A stretch of DNA of 32,000 nt from Psychrobacter sp. HD31 (GCF_051097895.1 NZ_CP142525.1:1380001-1412000); one strand, 5' to 3'; counted from the first letter of the stretch, positions 20,003 through 28,942 are shown. Numbers and translations are program-made. The notes: generated from the sequence alone by a model not told the origin.

Positions 20003-21079
20003 TTATTTGTTTGCTAAGCAATCAATTATCTTTTGAGACTCTTTTCCCCAAGCCTGTAAATAACTCTCACTGTCGCTCATATCTTCAATTAATACCCGAT
20101 TGGTGATAGGCGCTAATTTATTAACGATCCCATCTTTAGGCTTAGATTGTGTAATTAAGCACATGGTTTCGTATGGGCGATTTTTGGTTAACCAAACAAT
20201 TTGGCTCGCTTTTGCAGGGATTTCATGATCTGTTGTTAACGTACCAACCAGCTCTACACCTAATGCTGCCTCAAAATATTGAAAAGCATCATGAGAACTC
20301 CAATATTTGTTGCTCTCCCCCACCTTTGCCTTTTGTTTGGCAACCAATTCATCTAAATTAGTAGCAAACGCTTTAGCATTGGCTTTGTATTGCTCTGCAT
20401 ATTCAGGGTTTGCTTGGCTATGCAACTCTGCCAGTTTGTTTACAATCACTTTGGCATTTTGAGGATCAGACCAAATGTGTGGATCTTTACTCCCTGATAT
20501 TTCTTGCATTTGCAAGTCACGGCGCTTTAATTTGTTGATACCCGCCTCATTTAGAATGGTCACAGTGTTGTCACCATTTTCAAGTGTTTCACTTAAATTA
20601 CTTTCTAAGTTTTTGCCAAACCAAACGACATATTTACTGTCTTTTACTGTTTTCATATCACTGGGGCTTAAGCTGCCATGGTGTCCGACATCGCCAGCAT
20701 TTAACAACTTTTTAACCGTCGTGTTTGTGCCGTTTGTGACGGCTTCACTAAGCAAGAACAAAGGATGGTTGCTTACTGCAAAGTTAACCGTATAACCCTC
20801 TGGAATAACCTGTGCTGGTCCTGAAGCGTGCGCATGATCATGATGTTCATGGTCATGCTCTGCATGTTCGTCATGATTGTGCTCATGTTCATGGCTATGT
20901 TCATGATTATGCTCATGCCCTTCTTCTGCATGTTCTGAATGCTCGTGTTCCGAGTGACTATCTTCTGCTGCTTTATTACCACAAGCCGTTAAAGTTAATG
21001 ATGCGCCCAACAAAACTGCGACAGACACTGATTTAATAATAGCCTGGTTAGTTGATTCTTTTATTGTCATATTTTTCAT
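20003..21079 (-). CDS. znuA: zinc ABC transporter substrate-binding protein ZnuA, lipoprotein-type with an N-terminal His-rich tract
   Basis: Colinear with E. coli ZnuA, with the metal-ligand contexts retained (GHHGS, PHIW, SHDAF). It has a signal peptide with lipobox LTLTAC and is divergent from zur-znuCB across Zur boxes. Confidence 0.88.
   Translation of the reverse strand: MKNMTIKESTNQAIIKSVSVAVLLGASLTLTACGNKAAEDSHSEHEHSEHAEEGHEHNHEHSHEHEHNHDEHAEHDHEHHDHAHASGPAQVIPEGYTVNFAVSNHPLFLLSEAVTNGTNTTVKKLLNAGDVGHHGSLSPSDMKTVKDSKYVVWFGKNLESNLSETLENGDNTVTILNEAGINKLKRRDLQMQEISGSKDPHIWSDPQNAKVIVNKLAELHSQANPEYAEQYKANAKAFATNLDELVAKQKAKVGESNKYWSSHDAFQYFEAALGVELVGTLTTDHEIPAKASQIVWLTKNRPYETMCLITQSKPKDGIVNKLAPITNRVLIEDMSDSESYLQAWGKESQKIIDCLANK
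20828..20959 (-). repeat. low-complexity His/Glu/Asp-coding tract (imperfect CAT/CAC-GAR repeats) inside znuA
   Basis: Encodes SHSEHEHSEHAEEGHEHNHEHSHEHEHNHDEHAEHDHEHHDHAH (19 His in 44 residues). The DNA is an imperfect short-period repeat and generates spurious ORFs in other frames. Confidence 0.9.
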
Positions 21080-21197
21080 AGTTTGGTGTTTATCAGTTTT
21101 ATGTTTTGATAGTAGCCTTAAATTTACTGATAGCTACTATTGTGAGTGATTAAAGTAAGTGATTTTATAAAGCCCGCTAACAAGACTTTGATTTTAA

Positions 21198-21220
21198 AAA
21201 ATGTTATATTATTACACTAT
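21198..21220. promoter_or_regulatory. Zur box 1 (imperfect), on the znuA side
   Basis: aaaaTGTTATATTATTACActat. The core differs from box 2 at one position, and it sits in the znuA/zur divergent intergenic region. Confidence 0.6.
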
Positions 21221-21236
21221 CAATAACATATCAATG

Positions 21237-21259
21237 ATTTTGTTATATTATAACAAAAT
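21237..21259. promoter_or_regulatory. Zur box 2 (perfect 23-bp palindrome), 28 bp upstream of the zur ATG
   Basis: ATTTTGTTATA-T-TATAACAAAAT is a perfect inverted repeat with the TGTTATxxxATAACA core typical of gammaproteobacterial Zur operators. Confidence 0.8.
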
Positions 21260-21286
21260 GGCTTATTTCTCTTTTTAATTAGTATT

Positions 21287-21859
21287 ATGACAAACGTTAC
21301 TGACACCCTAACCCAACCTGATCATGTGCATGATGTGCATCATATTTGTGAAGATACTAAATGTCATCACGATGCACAGGCTTCTGTTAAGCAAAGGCTT
21401 GATCAAGCAAAACAATACTGTAAAGAAAATGGGCTGAGGTTTACCCAGTTACGCGAACAAGTTTATAAACTTGTATTAGAAGCTGACAAGCCCATTGGGG
21501 CCTATGACTTACTGGGCATTATGCAAGAAAAGAACATCCTTGCTACGAATAAAACCAATAACAAAGCAAACAGTAAAGCAAAAACAATTGCACCACCAAC
21601 CGTTTACAGAAGTTTAGATTTTTTATTAGAAGTTGGTTTTATTCATCAATTGGCTTCTATCAATGCCTTTGTGCCTTGTTGTCATCCACGAGAAAAACAC
21701 ATCGCCGCTTTTTTAATATGCTCAAACTGCCAAACTGTGCAAGAGTGTAATAACAAAGCCGTTAGACAACTAATGGATAGCACCAAAAAAGAGATTGGAT
21801 TTGCAGTCGAAACAAGCACGATTGAAATGACTGGATTATGCCAAAAATGCCAAAGGTAA
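21287..21859 (+). CDS. zur: zinc uptake regulator (Fur family)
   Basis: Aligns with E. coli Zur (LRFTQLREQVYKLV, GAYDLL, PPTVYRSLDFLLEVGFIHQL, FLICSNCQTVQEC, GLCQKC). It lies directly upstream of znuC-znuB and next to the Zur boxes. Confidence 0.88.
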   Translation: MTNVTDTLTQPDHVHDVHHICEDTKCHHDAQASVKQRLDQAKQYCKENGLRFTQLREQVYKLVLEADKPIGAYDLLGIMQEKNILATNKTNNKANSKAKTIAPPTVYRSLDFLLEVGFIHQLASINAFVPCCHPREKHIAAFLICSNCQTVQECNNKAVRQLMDSTKKEIGFAVETSTIEMTGLCQKCQR

Positions 21860-21874
21860 AAATCGAGTTAAATC

Positions 21875-22657
21875 ATGACTAATTCAATAATAAAAAACAC
21901 CCAAACACCTCTCGTATGCCTTGAAAAAGTCAGTTTTTCGGTTAATCAACAAACGCTTGTATCTAACATCAACATGCGCATCATGGCAAATGATACCATT
22001 AGTATTATTGGTCCTAACGGCGCAGGTAAATCGACGTTAGTAAAGCTCATTTTGGGGTTACATGCGCCAACTTCAGGGCAAATTGAACGCACCGATAAGC
22101 TAAAAATTGGGTACGTTCCACAAAAATTTAGCATACCTACCATCTTGCCACTGCGAGTACTTGACTTACTTAAGCAAGCTGACAGCAAAGACCTTAGCAA
22201 AAAAGAACAAAACTTTTTACTTGACCAGTTATCCCTCAAACCATTATTAAAACGACAGTTAATAAATTTATCGGGTGGAGAAACTCAACGTGTTTTGCTT
22301 GCCCGCGCTTTGTTTGATAAGCCAGACCTATTAATTTTAGACGAACCAATGCAAGGCTTAGACCCTGAAAGTGAAACCTTACTATACCAGTTTATTGATT
22401 CGCTACCAGAATTTTTACAATGTGCCATGCTGGTCGTCTCACACGATTTGCACTGGGTAATGAAAGGCAGCCGCCATGTTATTTGTCTTAACAAACATAT
22501 TTGCTGTGAAGGACAACCGACCGACATACAAGATGCCAGCGAATTTCAACGCCTCTTTGGCAACGGTTTTACTGATGTATTGAATGAACATAAGTTTGAG
22601 CAGCCTTACATTCACCATCATCACAACTGTAACCATCATTCGCCTGATGAGGTATAA
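21875..22657 (+). CDS. znuC: zinc ABC transporter ATP-binding protein
   Basis: Walker A GPNGAGKST, signature LSGGETQRVLLARAL, Walker B LLILDEP, and a ZnuC-typical C-terminal His-rich tail (HHHHNCNHH). Confidence 0.92.
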   Translation: MTNSIIKNTQTPLVCLEKVSFSVNQQTLVSNINMRIMANDTISIIGPNGAGKSTLVKLILGLHAPTSGQIERTDKLKIGYVPQKFSIPTILPLRVLDLLKQADSKDLSKKEQNFLLDQLSLKPLLKRQLINLSGGETQRVLLARALFDKPDLLILDEPMQGLDPESETLLYQFIDSLPEFLQCAMLVVSHDLHWVMKGSRHVICLNKHICCEGQPTDIQDASEFQRLFGNGFTDVLNEHKFEQPYIHHHHNCNHHSPDEV

Positions 22658-22661
22658 ATAA

Positions 22662-23462
22662 ATGATAGATTATCTACCAATCATCGCACCAGCATGGATA
22701 GCCGGTAGCCTGTTGGCACTCTTATCGGCGCCTTTAGGCTGCCTCGTATTGTGGCGACGTATGGCATTTTTTTCTGATGCTTTGGCTCATGGCACGCTGC
22801 TTGGTGTTGCGTTGTCCGTTTTATGCCACCTACCACACGCCGTAGGTATTGGTTTGGTTAGTTTGCTCGTTGTTGTAGCTTTATCATTGCTTGATGATAA
22901 ACGACTCCCTGCCGACTCTGTGCTTGCGGTGGTGGCTGTTAGCTTGTTGTGTGCCGGTTTGCTCACACTGACACAAATGACTCAACAGCAGGCAAACATT
23001 TTAGGTTATTTATTTGGTAATCTATTAGAGGTAGACTGGTCAGAATTACCATTATTAGCTGTTTCGGTTGTTGTTGGTTTGCTATTTTTACGTTGGATTT
23101 GGCAACCACAAGTTAAGCTCGCCACCCATGATGCGTTAGCTCGTATTGCTGGCATTAACCCAACTCAGCAAAAGTTATTTTTTATGGGATTGTTAGCAGG
23201 ATTTTGTGCAATTTCGTTACAGGCAGTCGGCAGTTTATTAATCAGTGGTTTGTTAGTCTTACCCGCACTAACATCTAGGCTATGGGCAAACTCACCCAAA
23301 GGGATGGTTGTTATCTCTTTAGTATTGGCACAAGTAGCCGTTACCACGGGTGTTTGGGGTAGCGTGTTATTTGATATCCAAACAGGTTTAGCAATTGTAC
23401 TGGTACTTGCCATTGGTTTTTTTGCGAGTTTGATTGGCTTAAAACTAACAAAAAATAACTAG
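22662..23462 (+). CDS. znuB: zinc ABC transporter permease
   Basis: 266 aa polytopic ABC-3 family permease (FFSDALAHGTLLGVAL motif) immediately after znuC. Confidence 0.9.
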   Translation: MIDYLPIIAPAWIAGSLLALLSAPLGCLVLWRRMAFFSDALAHGTLLGVALSVLCHLPHAVGIGLVSLLVVVALSLLDDKRLPADSVLAVVAVSLLCAGLLTLTQMTQQQANILGYLFGNLLEVDWSELPLLAVSVVVGLLFLRWIWQPQVKLATHDALARIAGINPTQQKLFFMGLLAGFCAISLQAVGSLLISGLLVLPALTSRLWANSPKGMVVISLVLAQVAVTTGVWGSVLFDIQTGLAIVLVLAIGFFASLIGLKLTKNN

Positions 23463-23499
23463 CCTAAAGTGGCAACAAAAAATCAACTCCTATAATAAG

Positions 23500-24333
23500 A
23501 TGCCTACAAATGATATGAAAACCTTAACTCCATTTAATAAAAAAGGCAGCACCTTTAACATACTACAACTTACCGACCTGCATCTATCTGCTGACAGAAA
23601 CAAGATGGTTAACGGCATAAATGGCTACGACGGATTTAACAATACGCTACAACAAGCACTTAGCAGCCATACACATTGTGATTTAATACTATTAACTGGC
23701 GATTTAGTAAATGAAATTGACACCAGCATCTATGATTACATTTTTACAAAATTAACAGCAACTGGTGTGCCATTTGCTTGTATCCCAGGGAACCACGACG
23801 TTACCGATATCCTAAATCCAGAAGCTGAATTTAATCACCAACAATTAATTGCCTGTAAACCCGACTCTCGTTTACTTAATCAATACATAATTGAAACTAA
23901 ACATTGGCAAATATTATTGATAGACTCCAGCGTGGCAGGAAAAATTTATGGCAATATTAGCAATGTAACGCAAACCTGGCTTAGCAAGCAGCTAACCCAT
24001 AATAACAAACCTGCCATTATTGTTATGCACCACCACAGCTTGCCAATTGGCTCAAAATGGATGGACAAACACATTTTAAACAACACCGATGACTTTTGGC
24101 AAACCATTATGCCTTTTAAGCAAGTAAAAGCGGTGATTAGTGGGCACACCCATCAAAAAAGCCATCAAACTCACCAAAGCGTTGATGTTTACACAACGCC
24201 ATCAACCAATTACCAATATAAACCCAAGCAAGATACCTTTGCTTATGATGAGTTAATGACTCCAGGATACAGATGGATAAGGCTATATGATGATGGCACA
24301 ATGAGCACTAAAGTTGAAAGATTAACCAAGTAA
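23500..24333 (+). CDS. cpdA: 3',5'-cyclic-nucleotide phosphodiesterase CpdA (class III metallophosphoesterase)
   Basis: Colinear with E. coli CpdA: ILQLTDLHL, LTGDLVNE, IPGNHD, WQILLIDS, MHHHSLP, SGHTHQ, TPSTNYQYKP, GYRWIRLYDDGT. Confidence 0.82.
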   Translation: MPTNDMKTLTPFNKKGSTFNILQLTDLHLSADRNKMVNGINGYDGFNNTLQQALSSHTHCDLILLTGDLVNEIDTSIYDYIFTKLTATGVPFACIPGNHDVTDILNPEAEFNHQQLIACKPDSRLLNQYIIETKHWQILLIDSSVAGKIYGNISNVTQTWLSKQLTHNNKPAIIVMHHHSLPIGSKWMDKHILNNTDDFWQTIMPFKQVKAVISGHTHQKSHQTHQSVDVYTTPSTNYQYKPKQDTFAYDELMTPGYRWIRLYDDGTMSTKVERLTK

Positions 24334-24640
24334 TTCAAGCAACTAATATGCGTTTAACATTTTCACTAAAAGCGTTTTGCTTTTGTAAAAATGTAAATTT
24401 ATGAATAACGAATAAACGTAATTTCATATATGGCATACATTTGTTTGCTTGATTTAGTTAAAAAAATACGCTATTGTCTTTTGATTAAATACAACAGTTT
24501 ATGTTTTATTTAATTTTAAACTTAACAAAACATATCGTTATTGTTTTTAGTTGATTGTTTCAACGCTTTGTCATATTGGCGATTTATAGTACTGTTTTTA
24601 ATCACCGTAACAAAGCGGAAGTATTGTAGGACACAAACAC

Positions 24641-25081
24641 ATGAGCAAGGTTTCGACCAAAACACAAGAACCTAAATTCACTCCATACGAACCCAAAAAA
24701 GGCGAAGAATATATGTCGGATGCTCAACTTGAGCATTTTCGCAGCATTCTTACCAATTGGAAAACCCAGTTATTGGATGAAGCAAACCGCACAAAAGACT
24801 ATATCCAAGATGAGTCCAGTGCACTGCCTGACATTAATGACCGAGCCACTCAAGAAGAAGAATTTGCATTAACGCTACGCACACGTGATCGTGAACGTAA
24901 GCTTGTTCGCAAAATTGACAAGTCATTATCAGAAATTGATGAAGGCGATTATGGTTTTTGTGAGCTTTGTGGTGTAGAAATTGGACTTCGTCGTCTTGAA
25001 GCTCGTCCAACCGCCACACAATGTATTGACTGTAAGACGCTTTCAGAAATGAAAGAAAAGCAGGCACACGCAAACATGTAA
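24641..25081 (+). CDS. dksA: RNA polymerase-binding transcription factor DksA (C4 zinc-finger type)
   Basis: 146 aa. It has a coiled-coil tip with DxxDxA (DINDRATQEEE) and the zinc finger CELCGVEIGLRRLEARPTATQCIDC. It is followed by gluQ, as in many gammaproteobacteria. Confidence 0.94.
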   Translation: MSKVSTKTQEPKFTPYEPKKGEEYMSDAQLEHFRSILTNWKTQLLDEANRTKDYIQDESSALPDINDRATQEEEFALTLRTRDRERKLVRKIDKSLSEIDEGDYGFCELCGVEIGLRRLEARPTATQCIDCKTLSEMKEKQAHANM

Positions 25082-25244
25082 AGCAAATCGGTAAAATAGA
25101 TACAAACTATTTTAATATTCATGCAGATGCTGAGCTTATTTAACTCAACGACTGCATGAACTGAAATCACTGTGCTTATCCCACCCATTAATAAACCTAA
25201 GTCGACAGTTTTTTGCTAAATACCATCAATATAAGCTAATTTAA

Positions 25245-26150
25245 ATGTATGGCTTGACTCAACAACCGTTAAAACCTTCTTCTATCAAAAAACCCGTCGG
25301 TCGTTTTGCCCCTTCACCGACAGGTGAGCTTCATTTTGGTTCACTAACCACCGCAGTAGCAAGTTATTGCCATATTAAATCTATGGCTGGTAATTGGCTT
25401 TTACGCATTGAAGATACAGACACCCAACGTTGTAAGCCCGAGTTTAGTAAACAAATATTAATCGATTTAGAGAATCTTGGGCTACATTGGGATGATGAGG
25501 TTATTTATCAATCACAGCGGACTAAACTTTATAACCAGTATATTCACGATGAGTTACATGGGCTTTGCTATGCCTGTGAATGTTCTCGTAAGGATTTAAA
25601 AGGGCAATTCATTTATCCAAGAAATTGCCTTCATAAGTCCCTAGAACTAAATAAACATAAAGTGCGTATTGAACTACCAAACCACAGTATTGGCTTTTTT
25701 GATGGCATTCAGGGAATGCAGTGGCAAAACCCTCAAAAAATGCTTGGTGATATGGTCATCAGACGTGATAGTAACAGCAACCATATGATTAATTATATTT
25801 TAGCCGTTAGCATTGATGATGGATTACAAGGTATTACTCATGCCATGCGTGGGTTGGATATCATGCCTATGACCTCTGCCCAAATTGCGATTATGCAAAT
25901 AGCAAAGTTACCACTCATTGACTATTGGTATCATTTGCCACTCGTACTTAATGATGACGGTCAGAAGCTATCAAAACAAAACCTCGCCACCCCAATTGAT
26001 ACCAGTAATGAGCGTAAATGTAGCGAACTATTAGCGACTGCCTTAAAGTTTTTACAACAGCCATTCGTGGAGATGGATAAACCCCAGCGAATGTTAGATC
26101 AGGCAATTCACCAATGGGATACCCAGCTTTTAAGAAATAAAAATCAATAG
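25245..26150 (+). CDS. gluQ: glutamyl-Q tRNA(Asp) synthetase
   Basis: A truncated GluRS-like catalytic domain ([29 protein letters not shown] = KMSKS-like). It is 301 aa, lacks an anticodon-binding domain and shows dksA synteny. Confidence 0.88.
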   Translation: MYGLTQQPLKPSSIKKPVGRFAPSPTGELHFGSLTTAVASYCHIKSMAGNWLLRIEDTDTQRCKPEFSKQILIDLENLGLHWDDEVIYQSQRTKLYNQYIHDELHGLCYACECSRKDLKGQFIYPRNCLHKSLELNKHKVRIELPNHSIGFFDGIQGMQWQNPQKMLGDMVIRRDSNSNHMINYILAVSIDDGLQGITHAMRGLDIMPMTSAQIAIMQIAKLPLIDYWYHLPLVLNDDGQKLSKQNLATPIDTSNERKCSELLATALKFLQQPFVEMDKPQRMLDQAIHQWDTQLLRNKNQ

Positions 26151-26308
26151 ATTCCGCTGTCTTTCGATTATAAAAGCATATAAAGATAAAGTCAGCCACA
26201 CTGTTGCCCACTTGCAACCTAAACTCCCTTCTCGCTTCTTACATACTACTTATATACATCTCACATCAGCATCTTACATTTAGTTTGGATTGTCTTAACC
26301 TTAGTAAG

Positions 26309-26815
26309 TTATCTCGATAAAATCGCCACTTCATGAATGTATGTTTGTAAATCTTGCTCAGACTCTTCTAATAATTCATCATCTGCCATGTGTTTTGCGT
26401 ATTCAATCCACAACATCATTTGATAGAGTGTGTTTTTTTCACATGCTTTAAACTGCCTAACAAATTGCTTAAGTGTTCCATCGTCATGTATGTTTAGTCG
26501 GGCATACCAGGCATCAATTTTAGCAATCTGTTCAGGTGCAAATAAAATGTCAAACAACGCATTGACTAATGAATGCCTGTCTTCTTCACTAATAATTTTA
26601 CCAATACGTTTAATTTGGCGATTTCTGGCATTCGCACTGGTGATATCCGCTAGGTCTTCTAACTCTGTCAAAAAATAATCACTAACTGGCAGTTTTTTCA
26701 TTTGTTTTTTTGAAAGATTAGCCAATGGCTCAGCCATACTTTTTAGCCTGTCATGCTGTTTTTTAAGCTCAGTGCGAGAAATCCGCATATCTTGCTCTGC
26801 CCAATTAATTACCAT
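26309..26815 (-). CDS. yjgA: ribosome-associated protein YjgA/DarP (DUF615)
   Basis: 168 aa. ISRTELKKQHDRLKSMAEPLANLSKKQMKKLP...ARNRQIKRIGKII follows the same pattern as E. coli YjgA (SKSEIKRDAEELKRLG...RRRQLQLIGKML). Confidence 0.75.
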   Translation of the reverse strand: MVINWAEQDMRISRTELKKQHDRLKSMAEPLANLSKKQMKKLPVSDYFLTELEDLADITSANARNRQIKRIGKIISEEDRHSLVNALFDILFAPEQIAKIDAWYARLNIHDDGTLKQFVRQFKACEKNTLYQMMLWIEYAKHMADDELLEESEQDLQTYIHEVAILSR

Positions 26816-26891
26816 ATTACTACCTTAACCTCTATTTTTATTAACTTGTTTAACCTCTGGATAGTGGTAAAACAAATGTTCTGAGTTATCT

Positions 26892-27860
26892 TTATAATTT
26901 CCAGAATCGCTTTTCGCGATGTTTAACCGCCACTTGCATTGCCTTTGGTAAGTTTTCTTCTAACGATTTTGCAACCATTTCAGAAATAAACACCGAGCGA
27001 TGTTTACCGCCAGTACAACCAATTGCAACCGTAACTGTATGCCGATTGTTATTTAAAAACTCTGGTAACCAACGGTTTAACAGTTTGGCAATATCTTGCC
27101 CCATTTCTTCAACTTCTGGATATTTAGCAAAAAAATCTTTAACAGGTTGATCTAGCCCTGTATGTGCTCTTAACTCTTTTTCCCAGTGAGGGTTTGGCAA
27201 AATACGCACATCAAAAACAAAGTCCGAATCAATCGGGCTGCCATGTTTAAACCCAAATGATAAGACATTAACCTTAACTTGATTATCAACGCCAAGTACA
27301 TTACGCAACGTTTCTTTTAGCTCATGAATATTTAGGCTACTGGTGTCAATGGTAATATCTGCACAGCTTGCCACTGGTTTTAATATTGCTATTTCTTGAC
27401 TAAGCGCACTGGGTAGATTTTTAACATTGTTAATGGATGGATGAATGTTTGCCATCAACGGATGGATACGACGCGTTGCATCGAAACGTGCAACCAATAC
27501 ACTTTCTTGCGCGGTTACATAAATTACTTTTAATGATTGTTTATCATATTTTTTGTGTAAACTATCACAAACATCTGCAAAATGGCTCAAGTCGGCACGA
27601 GGCGTACGAACATCTACCCCAAAAACAATTTTACGGATATTAGTATTGGTAATCAATTTATCTACCGCATCGGTTACCAATGACAAAGGCAAATTATCAA
27701 TCGCATAATAACCAAAATCTTCTAAAATATTAATAACCGAGGTCTTACCAGAGCCAGAACGACCAGATACAATTAATAAATCTAAGGTCTCATCGTTACT
27801 GCCATTTATGCCTTCTTGGCTACTGTGTTCTGAGCGATTTAAATCATGCAAATTATCCAT
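26892..27860 (-). CDS. rapZ: RNase adapter protein RapZ (YhbJ)
   Basis: P-loop IVSGRSGSGKTSVINILEDFGYYAIDNLP, FDVRILPNPHW and CTGGKHRSV are hallmark RapZ/YvcJ blocks. Confidence 0.9.
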   Translation of the reverse strand: MDNLHDLNRSEHSSQEGINGSNDETLDLLIVSGRSGSGKTSVINILEDFGYYAIDNLPLSLVTDAVDKLITNTNIRKIVFGVDVRTPRADLSHFADVCDSLHKKYDKQSLKVIYVTAQESVLVARFDATRRIHPLMANIHPSINNVKNLPSALSQEIAILKPVASCADITIDTSSLNIHELKETLRNVLGVDNQVKVNVLSFGFKHGSPIDSDFVFDVRILPNPHWEKELRAHTGLDQPVKDFFAKYPEVEEMGQDIAKLLNRWLPEFLNNNRHTVTVAIGCTGGKHRSVFISEMVAKSLEENLPKAMQVAVKHREKRFWKL

Positions 27861-27907
27861 TGGTTATCCCTTTATACCATGACATTTTTAATTTAACATC
27901 AAATATA

Positions 27908-28810
27908 CTATATATCGACAATCACTTCTTGATTATCTAATAAACGTGCTTTACCCAGCCAAGCTGCCACTAAAATGACTAATTCTTTGTCCGCCTTAGT
28001 GGCTGGTCCTAGTTTTTGCGTCATTATTTGCAAATAATCTACTTCAAACCCTGCAGCATTAATACGTTGGCAAGATTTATTTAATAGCTCTTCAAACCCG
28101 ATTACTATATGCTCGCCTCTCTCTATTTTTTTAGACAAATCGTATATTATTTGATGTAATTTAGGAGCAAGTTGCCTCTCTGACTCTGTGAGATACTGGT
28201 TGCGTGATGACAATGCCAAACCATCTTCCGTTCTAACAATGGGGGCTCTTATAATTTCAATTGGGTAGCTTAAATCTTCGGTTAATTGACGAATCAATGC
28301 AAGCTGTTGATAATCTTTTTTCCCAAAAACGGCCACATCAGGTTGTACAATATTAAATAGCTTACTGACTACCAGCCCAACACCATCAAAATGACCTGGT
28401 CTTGATTTGCCACACAAGTGCTTCGTCATTGTACCAAGATCTATGCTGGTTGATATCTCAGATGGAGAATTTGGGTAAATCTCCTCAACACTTGGCGCAA
28501 ACACAATATCTGCACCCGCTAATGTGAGACGACTGACATCTGCCTCTAGCGTACGTGGATAACTATCAAAATCTTCACCTTCTCCAAATTGGGTCGGATT
28601 AACAAAAATGCTAACCACAACAATATCTGCATGTTTTTTTGCGATTTCTACTAAAGAAACATGACCGTCATGTAAATTACCCATTGTTGGTACAAGTGCA
28701 ATGCGTTTATCTTCACGGAATTTTCTTAATTCATCACGCAATGCGACTATATGATGCATGGTTTTTGGTGGCTGTTTGAGTCCACTGTCACGATTGTTAT
28801 GGCTGTTCAT
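27908..28810 (-). CDS. panC: pantoate--beta-alanine ligase
   Basis: ALVPTMGNLHDGHVSLV, VSIFVNPTQF, GKKDYQQL. The ATG at 28810 is preceded by AGAGGT. An internal ATG at 28759 is an alternative start. Confidence 0.92.
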   Translation of the reverse strand: MNSHNNRDSGLKQPPKTMHHIVALRDELRKFREDKRIALVPTMGNLHDGHVSLVEIAKKHADIVVVSIFVNPTQFGEGEDFDSYPRTLEADVSRLTLAGADIVFAPSVEEIYPNSPSEISTSIDLGTMTKHLCGKSRPGHFDGVGLVVSKLFNIVQPDVAVFGKKDYQQLALIRQLTEDLSYPIEIIRAPIVRTEDGLALSSRNQYLTESERQLAPKLHQIIYDLSKKIERGEHIVIGFEELLNKSCQRINAAGFEVDYLQIMTQKLGPATKADKELVILVAAWLGKARLLDNQEVIVDI

Positions 28811-28942
28811 ATGGCTACCTCTATATTTTGTGATTAACCAAACTCATATGGTTCACTTAATCTAAAAAAGATATTATACGCCGTTGGATGCAAGAGTGAT
28901 AGCAATAAATAGCCACAAAAAAAATCAGTTGTAAACGTTTTT

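Noticed and set aside
20773-21036. ORFs 20773..20982 (-) and 20812..21036 (+) encoding Met/His-rich peptides
   Set aside because: They are alternative-frame or antisense readings of the CAT/GAG-repeat DNA that encodes the ZnuA His tract. They are artefacts of low-complexity sequence.
22606-22657. His-rich C-terminal tail of ZnuC (YIHHHHNCNHHSPDEV) as a possible novelty alongside the His-rich ZnuA and Zur
   Set aside because: As I recall it, E. coli ZnuC also ends with a His-rich segment (..HHHNHRHD..), so this is a family trait and not unusual.
24641-25081. Possibility that this dksA is a Zur-regulated, zinc-independent DksA2-type paralogue, because it lies just downstream of the zur-znuCB-cpdA genes
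   Set aside because: The protein retains all four zinc-finger cysteines (CxxC...CxxC), and no Zur box is visible upstream. It looks like the canonical dksA with its usual gluQ partner.
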